DNA of 64,000 nucleotides from Bdellovibrionales bacterium GWA1_52_35 (lineage in GTDB: Bacteria; Bdellovibrionota; UBA1018). The notes beneath the pieces are model-generated. The model ran no database searches. It saw only the letters and a program-made list of their open reading frames with translations, and was not told the DNA's origin. Shown piece after piece: positions 20,344-29,718 of the stretch. The position numbers and the translations under genes are program-made. Within the stretch, counting starts at the first letter, position 1, and every line of letters starts with the position of its first letter. Location of the stretch: assembly GCA_001769805.1 (NCBI GenBank), contig MEPO01000011.1:41623-105622 (forward strand), read 5' to 3'.

Positions 20344-21336
20344 ATGCGCTACCTCCAATATTCCAGTATTGATCTCGCAAACGGCTTGGGCGGCGTTGAG
20401 GTTCACGCACGATCGCTTGCACGAGAACTCAAACTTTTGGGCGTGGAAGCAGCGCTCTCATCCCGGCCGCACGATTTAGCTGGGAACTGGGACGTGATTC
20501 ACACACACGGTAGCGCACCGCTGCCTCTTGCTTTTAAGCGTTCTCATAAACGTACGATCTTGGTTCACACACTTCATGGCACGACTTTGGGCCGGATGGC
20601 TGCTTGTGGTGAATGGCTTTGGCCTGGCGGTTATCTTGCGTCACTCAGGGAACTTTGGGGGGTTTTAAGAGCTGATATCGTGCTCGCAGTGCATGGCGAT
20701 CTTTGGCTTTTCCGACTGGCTTGCGTTTTGGGGATCATTTCCCGGAAAAAGGCTGTTGTCTGCTGGAACGGCTGGGATTCTGACGGAGTGGCAGGAGATT
20801 TGACTGCGGATGTTGAATCGCGTCTGCCGGCTGAGCCTTTCTGGCTTTTCCTGGGCCGGGGAGAGGATCCGATGAAAGGGACCTACAGGATTGACGCCCT
20901 GTTAAATTCCTGTCCCAAGCTCAAGCTTGTTGCCGCTCCTGGGGACGGGTTTACGGCGTCTGCCCAGATCACGCTCACGGGTCGGCTAAATTCCGGACAA
21001 GTCCACTCGCTCCTAAAAAGGGCACGAGGGTTGTTGATTCCCTCTCTTTATGAAGGACTGCCCCTGGTTCTTCTTGAGGCATTGAGCGAAGGAACTCCCG
21101 TAATTGCAACTCCAGCAGGAGGCACACCCTTACTTCCAAAGGGGTTGGAGGGGTTTTTCTGTTTTCCCAATAATCGAGATGTTGATCTAGTTCCTGCGGT
21201 GACAGCGATTGAAGCAAACTACCCCATTTCTGAGAGCGCCCGCGAACTCCGAGCCAAACACAATCGCGCACTCCTTCCCTCGTGGAAGAATGTCGCCGAA
21301 ACAGTACTCAAAGCAGTCCAGGAGTATCGAAGATGA
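20344..21336 (+). CDS. GT-B fold glycosyltransferase (GT4 family)
   Basis: The C-terminal EX7E region PSLYEGLPLVLLEALSEGTPVIATPAGG is present. Confidence 0.75.
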   Translation: MRYLQYSSIDLANGLGGVEVHARSLARELKLLGVEAALSSRPHDLAGNWDVIHTHGSAPLPLAFKRSHKRTILVHTLHGTTLGRMAACGEWLWPGGYLASLRELWGVLRADIVLAVHGDLWLFRLACVLGIISRKKAVVCWNGWDSDGVAGDLTADVESRLPAEPFWLFLGRGEDPMKGTYRIDALLNSCPKLKLVAAPGDGFTASAQITLTGRLNSGQVHSLLKRARGLLIPSLYEGLPLVLLEALSEGTPVIATPAGGTPLLPKGLEGFFCFPNNRDVDLVPAVTAIEANYPISESARELRAKHNRALLPSWKNVAETVLKAVQEYRR

Positions 21337-22103
21337 CAAAGTCGGATACCCTTTACTCGCAGAATCTCTGGGATCGGGGATACGAAAACCTGAATTTCGA
21401 GAAAGTATCCCACGACGACATAGTCGCCCAATGGCTCACGGCTTCGGTCCCTTCAGCTATAGCGAACTCTTCGGATAAAAAACCGTCGTGTCTGGAGATT
21501 GGTTGTTTCCCTGGTCGCTATTTGGCGCTGATGGGAGATCGGGGCTTTGAGTTAAACGGGGTAGATCTCACCCCGCGCACGGACATAGAAATGGCCACCT
21601 GGCTTCGTGACTCTGGATATGTGACTGGACAGCTGGTACGTGAGGACTTTTTCACCTGGAATCCCGGGCGACAATTTGACCTGGTTTATTCGAACGGTTT
21701 CGTAGAACATTTTGAAGACTGGAAGAAAGTTCTCCTGCGTCATGCAGCGCTTGTAAGCCCAGGGGGGACTTTGCTGGTTGCGGTACCGAATTTCGCCGGG
21801 ACAGCGCAGCGATTCCTTCATCAGAAATTGGACGAAGAAAATTTTGCCCGACACTTTATTCCATCAATGGATCCAGCTCTCTGGGCCCGCGAACTGGGTC
21901 CTGAGTTTGAAATAGTCTGGCAAGGATATTTCGGGTCGTTCTATTTTTGGATAGGCGAGCAGAGGCGGACCTTGTTACAGAAATTGGCATTTTGGAGCGT
22001 GCGGGCGGCGATTCCTTTGCTTTCACGTTTACTCCCTAAAGGTCATCCGAGCTTCGCACCGTACTGTGGGTTGGTGGCGAAGAAGATTGCTATTAGGGGT
22101 TGA
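21333..22103 (+). CDS. Class I SAM-dependent methyltransferase
   Basis: Start taken at the internal ATG that overlaps the GT4 stop. Has motif I CLEIGCFPGRYLALM and then GVDL. LVSPGGTLLVAVPN is also present. Confidence 0.7.
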   Translation: MTKSDTLYSQNLWDRGYENLNFEKVSHDDIVAQWLTASVPSAIANSSDKKPSCLEIGCFPGRYLALMGDRGFELNGVDLTPRTDIEMATWLRDSGYVTGQLVREDFFTWNPGRQFDLVYSNGFVEHFEDWKKVLLRHAALVSPGGTLLVAVPNFAGTAQRFLHQKLDEENFARHFIPSMDPALWARELGPEFEIVWQGYFGSFYFWIGEQRRTLLQKLAFWSVRAAIPLLSRLLPKGHPSFAPYCGLVAKKIAIRG

Positions 22104-22583
22104 TCTGCTGGAGATCCGAGTCTTCGGTCGGCATCAACACTCACTTAAGCTTATGTCATCATTGCATTATTTAAATTACATGAAAACTCGGTGCTCGGAA
22201 CCGAATTTTCATGAACTACATTGATCGCTTCGAAGACCCAATGTTGGCAATATGTGCCGATGCTCAATGCGTTGTTATCGACGAAATGCAGAGACGTCCG
22301 ATTGAGGGGTCGCACTCTTGAGACGATTTAGGAATGCGTTTGGCTGACCAAATAAGTCGCCTTCGGGCGTAATAAGCGCAATGGTTTGGTCGGGTATGCT
22401 AACCATTTTTATCCCATTTACGTTTATCCCAACTTTATAAAAGAACTTCGCGATAACGGAAAAGTCCGTTCCAGTTCGAGCCTGCATTTGATCACATTTT
22501 CTTTCATTCTCTCTGGCGCACAACACACCCCGAAAGCAGGAGCTAGCAATTTGGTTGCTTAAATACAGTAAGTAGATCTTGAA

Positions 22584-23162
22584 TTGCACCGTCGTTCAGA
22601 AGATTCTAGTTTAATGAGCAAAACGTCGCCGTACGCCCTAAAAGATAGTGGACTCTTCGTTCCATCATCACCGCAGGAATTTTTTAAAACAGAAGTTAGA
22701 ACTGTTGATCAAGGGTATTTTGGCGTGTTTGCGATAGAGCAAATACCACAAGGAGCAATAATCGGGATAGACGGTGGCACAGTTGTGAGCTCAGTTGAAG
22801 ATGTTCCACCTGAGAAAAGGTACGCCGTTCTTATTACCGAGGGTCTTTTCTTGGCTCCTAACGACTATGAACATCTAGAGAACTTTTGGTATCTGAATCA
22901 CTCCTGTACCGCAAATGTTGCGAGAATCGGCGGCCTTGTCTTTGTCGCAAAGAAAATGATTACAATCGGCGAGCAACTTACAATTGACTACGCCCCTCTG
23001 ATAGCCGGCGTACCACAATGGACTATGGATTGTCTTTGCAAAGCACCGTCGTGCAGAGGACGAATATCCGGAGAAGACTGGCGCGATCCAAAAATAGCAG
23101 ATCATTTATGGCACGAATGGCTTCCATTTATCCAAAAACGAATTCTAGCGAATCGCTCATGA
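22584..23162 (+). CDS. SET-domain protein (putative protein-lysine methyltransferase)
   Basis: Has a GxG-rich N-SET region, NHSCTANV (the NHSC motif), EQLTIDYA (the ELxxDY motif) and a post-SET CLCKAPSC cysteine cluster. 192 aa. Confidence 0.8.
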   Translation: MHRRSEDSSLMSKTSPYALKDSGLFVPSSPQEFFKTEVRTVDQGYFGVFAIEQIPQGAIIGIDGGTVVSSVEDVPPEKRYAVLITEGLFLAPNDYEHLENFWYLNHSCTANVARIGGLVFVAKKMITIGEQLTIDYAPLIAGVPQWTMDCLCKAPSCRGRISGEDWRDPKIADHLWHEWLPFIQKRILANRS

Positions 23163-25429
23163 TTTCGGCATACATTTTTGGGGCACTTTTTCTTGCTGTT
23201 CCAGTTCTCGGCACAATTATATTTCCGGCGCAAAAAGATCTTATAATTGCAACTCACGAACTGATTTCAGAGGGGACCTTTGCTGCTATTCTTTTGTTCG
23301 CATATTTGAAACTTCAAAAAATAGCTTGGGGAAATTTTACTTGGATTGCTTTTGCTCTTATTGCATTGTTCATCTCTGATTCGCTGTATAGTGCTGGCGT
23401 TATTCGTGGCAACGGTCTTCCACCTCTTTTGGGCAACTTAAGCGAGTTCGGATACACGTTCTTTATGGTTTCTGCGCTTGGATTTTTTGCAGGCAAACGG
23501 AAGCTCATACTTAATGATCCAATTGCAAAATATATTTTTATCACCTGCCTGCTTGGGCATTTTTTGCTTTCCTATAAGTTTATACTTTCCGCGTTCTATA
23601 GCAGAGAAAGCACGCCAAGCGTATTTAACCTGCTCAACAGCACTATTTACGCCATTGCCAGCTCGCTGGTATTTGCGTTCTTAATTCCATTTATTTTGCG
23701 AATTTCAAAACGTTCCGAATACTGGTTTTTACAGTCTTTTCTGCTGCTGCTAATTTCTGATTTTGCAATTCGTTACCAATCAGCTTTCGTTTCGGAGAGC
23801 ATATTTTCTTTTGCGGAAAGCGGGTGGGCAGTCGCAACAGGGATATTCATGCTCGTGCTGTTTTTCAATAAACGAGCACCACAAGAGCTCTTTGCTCGAC
23901 TTTCCATACTACCCAGAATAATCAGCGTTAGGGTTATGCTGACTCTCGCAATTTCTAGCGCAAGTTTATTTCTCCTGGGCGGAGTGATTTTGATCAATAT
24001 ATTTTCGGTTCGAAACGCATTTCACCTAACGAATGCTTTATTTCTGATTTATGCGATCTGGGTAATTTCTAATGCGCTCGCTATCAAGGTATCTGAAGCA
24101 CTTTTGGAAGTTAGGAATCTAATGTTTTCTGGTGCTAACTCTGCGAGAGGGAGTACCAACTTAGAGGCGCTATCTGTCATCAACAAGCGCTTGGACCTGG
24201 CGGAAGTTGACCAACTTATCCTCGGCTATAACGATTTGGTCGGGGAGACCAATATTTTAATCACCGAATTAATTAACAAGGAACGGCTGGCAGCAATGGC
24301 AAATGTCGCCGCCCAAGTCGCCCACGACATTCGCTCGCCTCTGGCTGCGCTCGGTGCAATCGAGAAGGACCTTGTTCAAGTTCCGGAGAACACCCGTCAG
24401 ATTGTACGGCAGGCTGTGGGGCGAATACGCGACATCGCGAATAACCTGATAGAACAGCATGCAAAAGCTCCCAGTCGCGATCGGGGAAATTCGGAAGCCA
24501 AAGCATCTGGGATCCAAGAGCACGCGTCCACAGAGATGCCCACAGGCTTAGGCGTCAGTGATCAACATTTAGCCGAGCGCTGTCTCATTTCTACCTTGAT
24601 TGACGGACTGGTCACAGAGAAACGCCTCCAATATCGGGATCGTGCCGGGATAGAGATTGTCTTTGAACAGGATCGGGCAGGGTATGGACTATTTGCTGAT
24701 GTGGAGCTTGCCGAGTTCAAACGCGCGCTTTCAAATATCATTAACAACTCTGTCGAGGCGATCACTGGAGCAGGTCAAGTTTTGATCCGCACACACCCCG
24801 ATGGCGAACAGATCCAGATTCGAGTGATTGATAACGGACGCGGGATTCCCGCCAAGCTGCTTTCACGCTTAGGTGAGCGCGGGGCAACTTACGGCAAAGA
24901 GGGCGGCTCCGGACTTGGGCTTTTCCATGCAAAATCGGCATTAATAAAATGGCGCGGGACACTTTCTATTGAATCCAAGGAGGGTCACGGCACCACCGTC
25001 TCCTTGCACCTGCCCAAGGCTCCTACGCCACCTTGGTTTACAGAAAGGCTTCTGATTCCAAAGTCCGGGATTGTCGTTTCTTTGGATGACGACGTTTCAA
25101 TACATCATGTCTGGAAAGGCCGCCTGGAATCTGCCCGTGCACACGAGCAGGGCGTCACCCATCAGCAGTTCTTCACCCCTAAAGATTTCAAAACCTGGGT
25201 GCTGGGCAACATGCTTGATGTCGATCGCACCATATTTTTGGTGGATTACGAACTGCTGGGATTTAAGGAAACTGGACTTGATTTGCTCGAAGATCTCGCG
25301 ATTGGCGAACGGAGCATTCTTGTCACCAGCCGCTTTGAAGAGCACAGCCTGCTTGCGCGCGCGACACGATTGGGCGTACGTATCTTGCCCAAATCCATGG
25401 CCGGCTTTGTGCCGATCGAATCAGCCTGA
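23159..25429 (+). CDS. Hybrid sensor histidine kinase: about 10-TM membrane sensor, then HisKA, HATPase_c and a C-terminal receiver-like domain
   Basis: Start taken at the ATG that overlaps the SET stop (ATGA); the track ORF at 23018 lies inside SET. H-box AQVAHDIRSPLAAL. N/G boxes NNSVEAI, DNGRGIP and GGSGLGL. C-terminal VVSLDDDVSI...IFLVDYEL..., which is REC-like. Confidence 0.85.
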   Translation: MISAYIFGALFLAVPVLGTIIFPAQKDLIIATHELISEGTFAAILLFAYLKLQKIAWGNFTWIAFALIALFISDSLYSAGVIRGNGLPPLLGNLSEFGYTFFMVSALGFFAGKRKLILNDPIAKYIFITCLLGHFLLSYKFILSAFYSRESTPSVFNLLNSTIYAIASSLVFAFLIPFILRISKRSEYWFLQSFLLLLISDFAIRYQSAFVSESIFSFAESGWAVATGIFMLVLFFNKRAPQELFARLSILPRIISVRVMLTLAISSASLFLLGGVILINIFSVRNAFHLTNALFLIYAIWVISNALAIKVSEALLEVRNLMFSGANSARGSTNLEALSVINKRLDLAEVDQLILGYNDLVGETNILITELINKERLAAMANVAAQVAHDIRSPLAALGAIEKDLVQVPENTRQIVRQAVGRIRDIANNLIEQHAKAPSRDRGNSEAKASGIQEHASTEMPTGLGVSDQHLAERCLISTLIDGLVTEKRLQYRDRAGIEIVFEQDRAGYGLFADVELAEFKRALSNIINNSVEAITGAGQVLIRTHPDGEQIQIRVIDNGRGIPAKLLSRLGERGATYGKEGGSGLGLFHAKSALIKWRGTLSIESKEGHGTTVSLHLPKAPTPPWFTERLLIPKSGIVVSLDDDVSIHHVWKGRLESARAHEQGVTHQQFFTPKDFKTWVLGNMLDVDRTIFLVDYELLGFKETGLDLLEDLAIGERSILVTSRFEEHSLLARATRLGVRILPKSMAGFVPIESA

Positions 25430-25629
25430 ATCAGCCTGGAAACAAACCTCATAATTTCATTATGTTAGATTTATCGCCGGGAGTACCGTCATTTTTCTTG
25501 GAAATTTGACGACACTCCCGACAGTAAGCGCGGCCTTATCAGAAATATTTCGGCACCTCTGATTTGCCCACCTCGTTGCTGAGCTGATTAAAATTTGCCC
25601 CTCACCCGTTCTTATGCGAAACCCTGTAT

Positions 25630-27039
25630 ATGCCATTAGCTTTTGGAACTAGCGGGATCAGGGGACTTGCAACGGATTTTACAACCGATGAATGTGCGTG
25701 GCTCGTCCGCGCGTTCATCAAACACCTGGAGGCGATTGGAACTCCGGCTCGGGAGATTCTGATTGCCGGGGATTTCAGGGAGAGTACGCCCCGGCTTCTG
25801 GCGCAGATTGAAGCGGCACTTCGGGCGTCAGGCTGCGCATCCACTTACTGCGGACTGATCCCCACTCCTGCACTGGCTTATGCCTGCATCGTCGAGCAGA
25901 AGCCCGGGATCATGGTCACCGGGAGCCACATACCGGCCGACCGAAATGGAATTAAGTTCTATTTTGATTCAGGCGAAATTCTGAAAAAAGACGAAGCCGC
26001 GATTTTCGATTATTACCAGAAATTCAAATCTCAGCTCGAGACCCCCGCGCTCGAACTCCGCTCACTTTGCAAAGTGAACCCTTTCGCGTCGCAAGGTTTC
26101 GTCCAGCGCTACGTCGATATGTTCGGCCCGGGCGCGCTTGCCGGGGTGCGCACCTTGTTCTTCGAACATTCCAGTGCCGCAAAACACCTCCTGCCAGAAA
26201 TCCTGGAAAAACTCGGAGCCACGGTTGTGCGCTTCGGAGCAACCGCGCACTTCACACCGGTCGACACGGAGAACGTCGAAAATGTTGACGAACTCAAAGC
26301 CCAGCTTGCCGGCGCTTCGGCTGACGCCCTCATCAGCACTGACGGAGACGCGGATCGCCCGATGATGGTGGCAGAAAATGGCGAACTTATTCCGGGAGAT
26401 CTCATTGGACTGATTGCCGCGCGCGCGCTCGGAGCCCGCGAAATCGTCGTTCCGGTGAGTTGCAATACCGCGCTTGAGATGTCCGGACACTTTGAAAAGG
26501 TCCATCGCACGCGCATCGGATCGCCGTATGTACTTGAGAAAATGCTGGAGCGCGGGGCCGGTAAAAACAGCTCTGCCGGGATAGTCATAGGTTTTGAGGC
26601 GAACGGTGGATTTTTCCACGCCCCCCTTCTCACGCGTGATTCGATATTGCCGATTTTACTGGTTCTAGCAGAAATTAAACGCCAGGGCCGGCCACTTTCC
26701 CAGATTTTGGCCGATCTACCCCCGCGCTTCACTGCGAGCGGTTTAATCCGCAACGTTCCGGCCGAAAGCAGTCGTAAGATTTTGGAAAAGCTCGGCAACG
26801 CAAAGATTGGAAATGCGCTCGCTCCTGAACTTGCGGGTTTTGGGGCAGTCATGTCAGTGGACCGCACCGATGGCCTGAGGTTCACCCTCGCAAAATCCCC
26901 GCAGAGCGCGGTCGCGGGTGGCATTGTTCACTTTAGGCCCTCGGGGAATGCCCCGGAGTTCCGGGTTTATGCCGAAAGCTCAACGCGCGAAGAGGCGCGG
27001 GCACTCTGCCAGGCGGCGCTCATGTTTTTGGGGAAATAA
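25630..27039 (+). CDS. Phosphomannomutase/phosphoglucomutase (alpha-D-phosphohexomutase family)
   Basis: Has active-site-like TGSHIPADRNGIKF (compare TASHNP..NG), metal loop STDGDADRPMMV and the sugar-binding GFEANGG. Confidence 0.85.
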   Translation: MPLAFGTSGIRGLATDFTTDECAWLVRAFIKHLEAIGTPAREILIAGDFRESTPRLLAQIEAALRASGCASTYCGLIPTPALAYACIVEQKPGIMVTGSHIPADRNGIKFYFDSGEILKKDEAAIFDYYQKFKSQLETPALELRSLCKVNPFASQGFVQRYVDMFGPGALAGVRTLFFEHSSAAKHLLPEILEKLGATVVRFGATAHFTPVDTENVENVDELKAQLAGASADALISTDGDADRPMMVAENGELIPGDLIGLIAARALGAREIVVPVSCNTALEMSGHFEKVHRTRIGSPYVLEKMLERGAGKNSSAGIVIGFEANGGFFHAPLLTRDSILPILLVLAEIKRQGRPLSQILADLPPRFTASGLIRNVPAESSRKILEKLGNAKIGNALAPELAGFGAVMSVDRTDGLRFTLAKSPQSAVAGGIVHFRPSGNAPEFRVYAESSTREEARALCQAALMFLGK

Positions 27040-27089
27040 CTTATTTACTGTAGCAACGGAGTCCTGTTCGAGGCTAGTGGTTTAAGTTT

Positions 27090-28229
27090 TTAGACAAGAC
27101 CCTCATTTTTGCAGAAGACTGAAAACGGCAGAATCTCAACGCGATCCATGGGGCTTCGGTGTAATTTCCCCAAATGCACTTGGTAGAATTTTGGGATTGG
27201 GGTGCGCTCCAGAAAATATGGAATATGCGGCGATAGCTGCTTCTCGCCCGTTTTACATTCCACTGCAAAAACCGGTTTTTGATCTTTTAAGACGACGAAG
27301 TCGACTTCTCGTTTGTTAACATCTCGCAAAAAGCGCAGTTCCATCCGATGACCTTCGGTATCTTCCAGATAATGGCAGTACTTTAAAAGGTGGCTGGCAA
27401 CAAGGTTTTCAAATCGCGGCCCGGGAGCTATGACTTGACTCCAATCCCAAAGATAAAGCTTCTGCTCTTTCTTTACAGCCCGGAGCTTGGGTGCGCCATA
27501 AGGCGGAATACGATAGGCAAAGTATACGTTTTCGAGAAGACCGATCCATCGCTGAGCAGTTTTGAAATCAACTTCGAGATCACGCGCAAGATTTTTGACC
27601 GATAGAGGTGCCCCCACCCGATCGGGCAAAGCCTCGGCCAGGCGCTCAAGCAGTGACGCCTCCCTGACTCGCTCAAGATCCAGTAAATCCTGGTGAATCA
27701 CTCGATCCATCCTTTGAAGATGCCAGCGGCGCAGCTCTTTTTCACTTTGACCTAAAAATGGTTCAGGGAAACCACCAAATCGTAGAAGTCCGCTGAGTGC
27801 ACCTGGCTCATAACCCACCTCAGGAAGTGAAAGCGGATGCATGCGATAGTAGTGATATCGGCCCAGGAGAGAATCCCCCCCTCTTCTGTAGTGATTTAGA
27901 CGTGCTGAGCCGGTCACCAGGAAGGTATGAGTCTGCTTCTGGGTATCGTAAAATCCCTTTAGCAAGCCACGCCAACGCGCGTACTTGTGAACCTCGTCCA
28001 AAACGATAAGCCGCTCGGTTGTTGGCCAGTTTTTGTTGAGAATACTGCGTCGCTGTTCCAGATCATCCCAGTTCAGATAAGCCGGGTGTCCCGCATTGTA
28101 TTTGTGCAACAGCCCTTGGCAAAAGGTGGTTTTTCCCACTTGGCGCGGGCCACCGAGAAATACCATCTTCTTCTTCAGATCATCAATCACCGGAGTCTTC
28201 AGATAGCGTTCTAGTAGTAAAGTGGACAT
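27090..28229 (-). CDS. AAA-family ATPase with C-terminal DUF4143-like domain
   Basis: Walker A is GGPRQVGKTT and Walker B is LIVLDEV. 379 aa with an architecture typical of the widespread ATPase/DUF4143 proteins. Confidence 0.7.
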   Translation of the reverse strand: MSTLLLERYLKTPVIDDLKKKMVFLGGPRQVGKTTFCQGLLHKYNAGHPAYLNWDDLEQRRSILNKNWPTTERLIVLDEVHKYARWRGLLKGFYDTQKQTHTFLVTGSARLNHYRRGGDSLLGRYHYYRMHPLSLPEVGYEPGALSGLLRFGGFPEPFLGQSEKELRRWHLQRMDRVIHQDLLDLERVREASLLERLAEALPDRVGAPLSVKNLARDLEVDFKTAQRWIGLLENVYFAYRIPPYGAPKLRAVKKEQKLYLWDWSQVIAPGPRFENLVASHLLKYCHYLEDTEGHRMELRFLRDVNKREVDFVVLKDQKPVFAVECKTGEKQLSPHIPYFLERTPIPKFYQVHLGKLHRSPMDRVEILPFSVFCKNEGLV

Positions 28230-28285
28230 AAGTCTACTTTACTACGAACCAAAGTGGAGTCAAGTCCACTTTAGTATCAAAGGGA

Positions 28286-29233
28286 TCACTGCCCCACGGC
28301 CCGGTCGATCCGTTGCTCCTGCAGCTTTTGGGCGTCTTGGACTTTTTTCAAATAATAATTCCCAGAACTTTTACCTGCTGCCCCAGGCCCGGCAGAGGAA
28401 GGTGCGGAGTTCAGAGGCTCACTGAATGCCTCGGGCAAGGGTTTTTCCAGAAGTAAATTCATATCGGGCTGCTGAATCGAGAGTTGCTGCAAGTACTGGT
28501 CGGGATTGTAAGACTGAGGAGCAGGCAGCGTCGCTTGGCCTTGCGTAACGGTGACAAACTGGTTGCGATCCACCGTCACGAAATCCACCCCGGGCCGCCC
28601 CTCCGCCTTTCTCAAACGCTTGGGATCAAGGCCCACATCAACCTGGCCGGAGATCGCGTGCAGCTCAAAGCGCTGGTCAACGGGTGAAGCCACAACAAAA
28701 TCAGTGCCGCGCACACCCAGTACAGCCGCCCGGGTTTTGACCACGAAACGATAACGTTTGCGCATATTCATCATTCCGCTCTTACGCACTACAAAACGGA
28801 TCTGACCGTGCACCAGCTCGCCCCCCTGAACATCGTTTGAGCTTTGCCTGGACGGGAGGTGAACGACATAAAATTTACTGGACCTGCCGATGACCGCAAT
28901 CGACCCATCGGGATAGATTACGCGTGCCGACACTGATGGCCCCGTCTGAAGCAGATCATCTGATTGAAGTTTCGCCCCAGCCTTGAGCTCGACGGATTTT
29001 TGATCAGTTTTCCCGGCTGGGTTCACAAAAGTGCGTCGGATCGTAATCGTCTTTGCGCCCTGAATTGAATCCAGAATAAATGCACCGCCGTTAGCCCATG
29101 CCGCAGCCGGTAATCCCAGTAATCCCAGCAATCCAAGACAAACACCAATGGCACAGCGCCTCCTCGCGCGGCAGATCGAAATCAGAAGCGAAATAATGGT
29201 GCGCCACCCATTCGACAAATTCGTTTGTGCCAT
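28286..29233 (-). CDS. Secreted FecR-domain protein
   Basis: Has an N-terminal signal/TM (CLGLLGLLGLPAAAWA). The FecR-type beta-rich domain contains ..RAAVLGVRGTDFVVAS... Confidence 0.55.
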   Translation of the reverse strand: MAQTNLSNGWRTIISLLISICRARRRCAIGVCLGLLGLLGLPAAAWANGGAFILDSIQGAKTITIRRTFVNPAGKTDQKSVELKAGAKLQSDDLLQTGPSVSARVIYPDGSIAVIGRSSKFYVVHLPSRQSSNDVQGGELVHGQIRFVVRKSGMMNMRKRYRFVVKTRAAVLGVRGTDFVVASPVDQRFELHAISGQVDVGLDPKRLRKAEGRPGVDFVTVDRNQFVTVTQGQATLPAPQSYNPDQYLQQLSIQQPDMNLLLEKPLPEAFSEPLNSAPSSAGPGAAGKSSGNYYLKKVQDAQKLQEQRIDRAVGQ

Positions 29234-29324
29234 GTTCTTGATCCTACCATTTCATAATGGGAAATCCATCGCGCTGCCTTGAATATATGATGTCAACGGC
29301 ACGGCTTTCGAATAAAACTTCCTG

Positions 29325-29708
29325 ATGCGCTATCTTCACACGATGCTTCGGGTCATCAATTTGGACAAATCACTGCACTTCTACACCGAAGGCCTCGGCT
29401 TCGAGCTCGTCAGCCGCTCCGATTACGAAAAAGATCGCTTCACTCTGGCATTTTTGAAATCCAAAGATGATCCTTCGGGCGGCCCACTGATCGAACTGAC
29501 TCATAACTGGGACACTGACGCCTACACCCGGGGCGATGCTTTCGGACACCTGGCCTACAGTGTTGGCTCAATCGATGAAATTCAAAAAAGACTGCGACAG
29601 CACGGATATGACCTGAGCTGGGGACCGGGGTTGACCCCGAACGGCAAAACAAAAATGGCGTTTGTCGATGATCCCGACGGCTACGAAATTGAATTACTGG
29701 AAAAATGA
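29325..29708 (+). CDS. gloA: Lactoylglutathione lyase (glyoxalase I)
   Basis: LHTMLRV.NLDKSL.FYTE.LGF.L and ..GHLAY.V..ID... are present. 127 aa, VOC fold. Confidence 0.8.
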   Translation: MRYLHTMLRVINLDKSLHFYTEGLGFELVSRSDYEKDRFTLAFLKSKDDPSGGPLIELTHNWDTDAYTRGDAFGHLAYSVGSIDEIQKRLRQHGYDLSWGPGLTPNGKTKMAFVDDPDGYEIELLEK

Positions 29709-29718
29709 GGAAATACGA

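Noticed and set aside
22104-22583. 104-aa minus-strand ORF (22275-22589) in the AT-rich intergenic region upstream of the SET gene
   Set aside because: No motifs and atypical composition. The region is more plausibly the promoter/leader of the SET-kinase operon.
25418-25437. Perfect 10-bp tandem duplication GAATCAGCCT x2 spanning the histidine-kinase stop codon
   Set aside because: Too short to call a repeat element or regulatory site. It is probably a trivial local duplication, and there is no evidence of function.
26062-26924. Long antisense ORFs (185 and 271 aa) inside the phosphomannomutase gene
   Set aside because: They lie entirely opposite a gene with strong family motifs, have Arg/Ala/Ser-rich composition typical of GC-rich antisense frames, and have no recognisable motifs.
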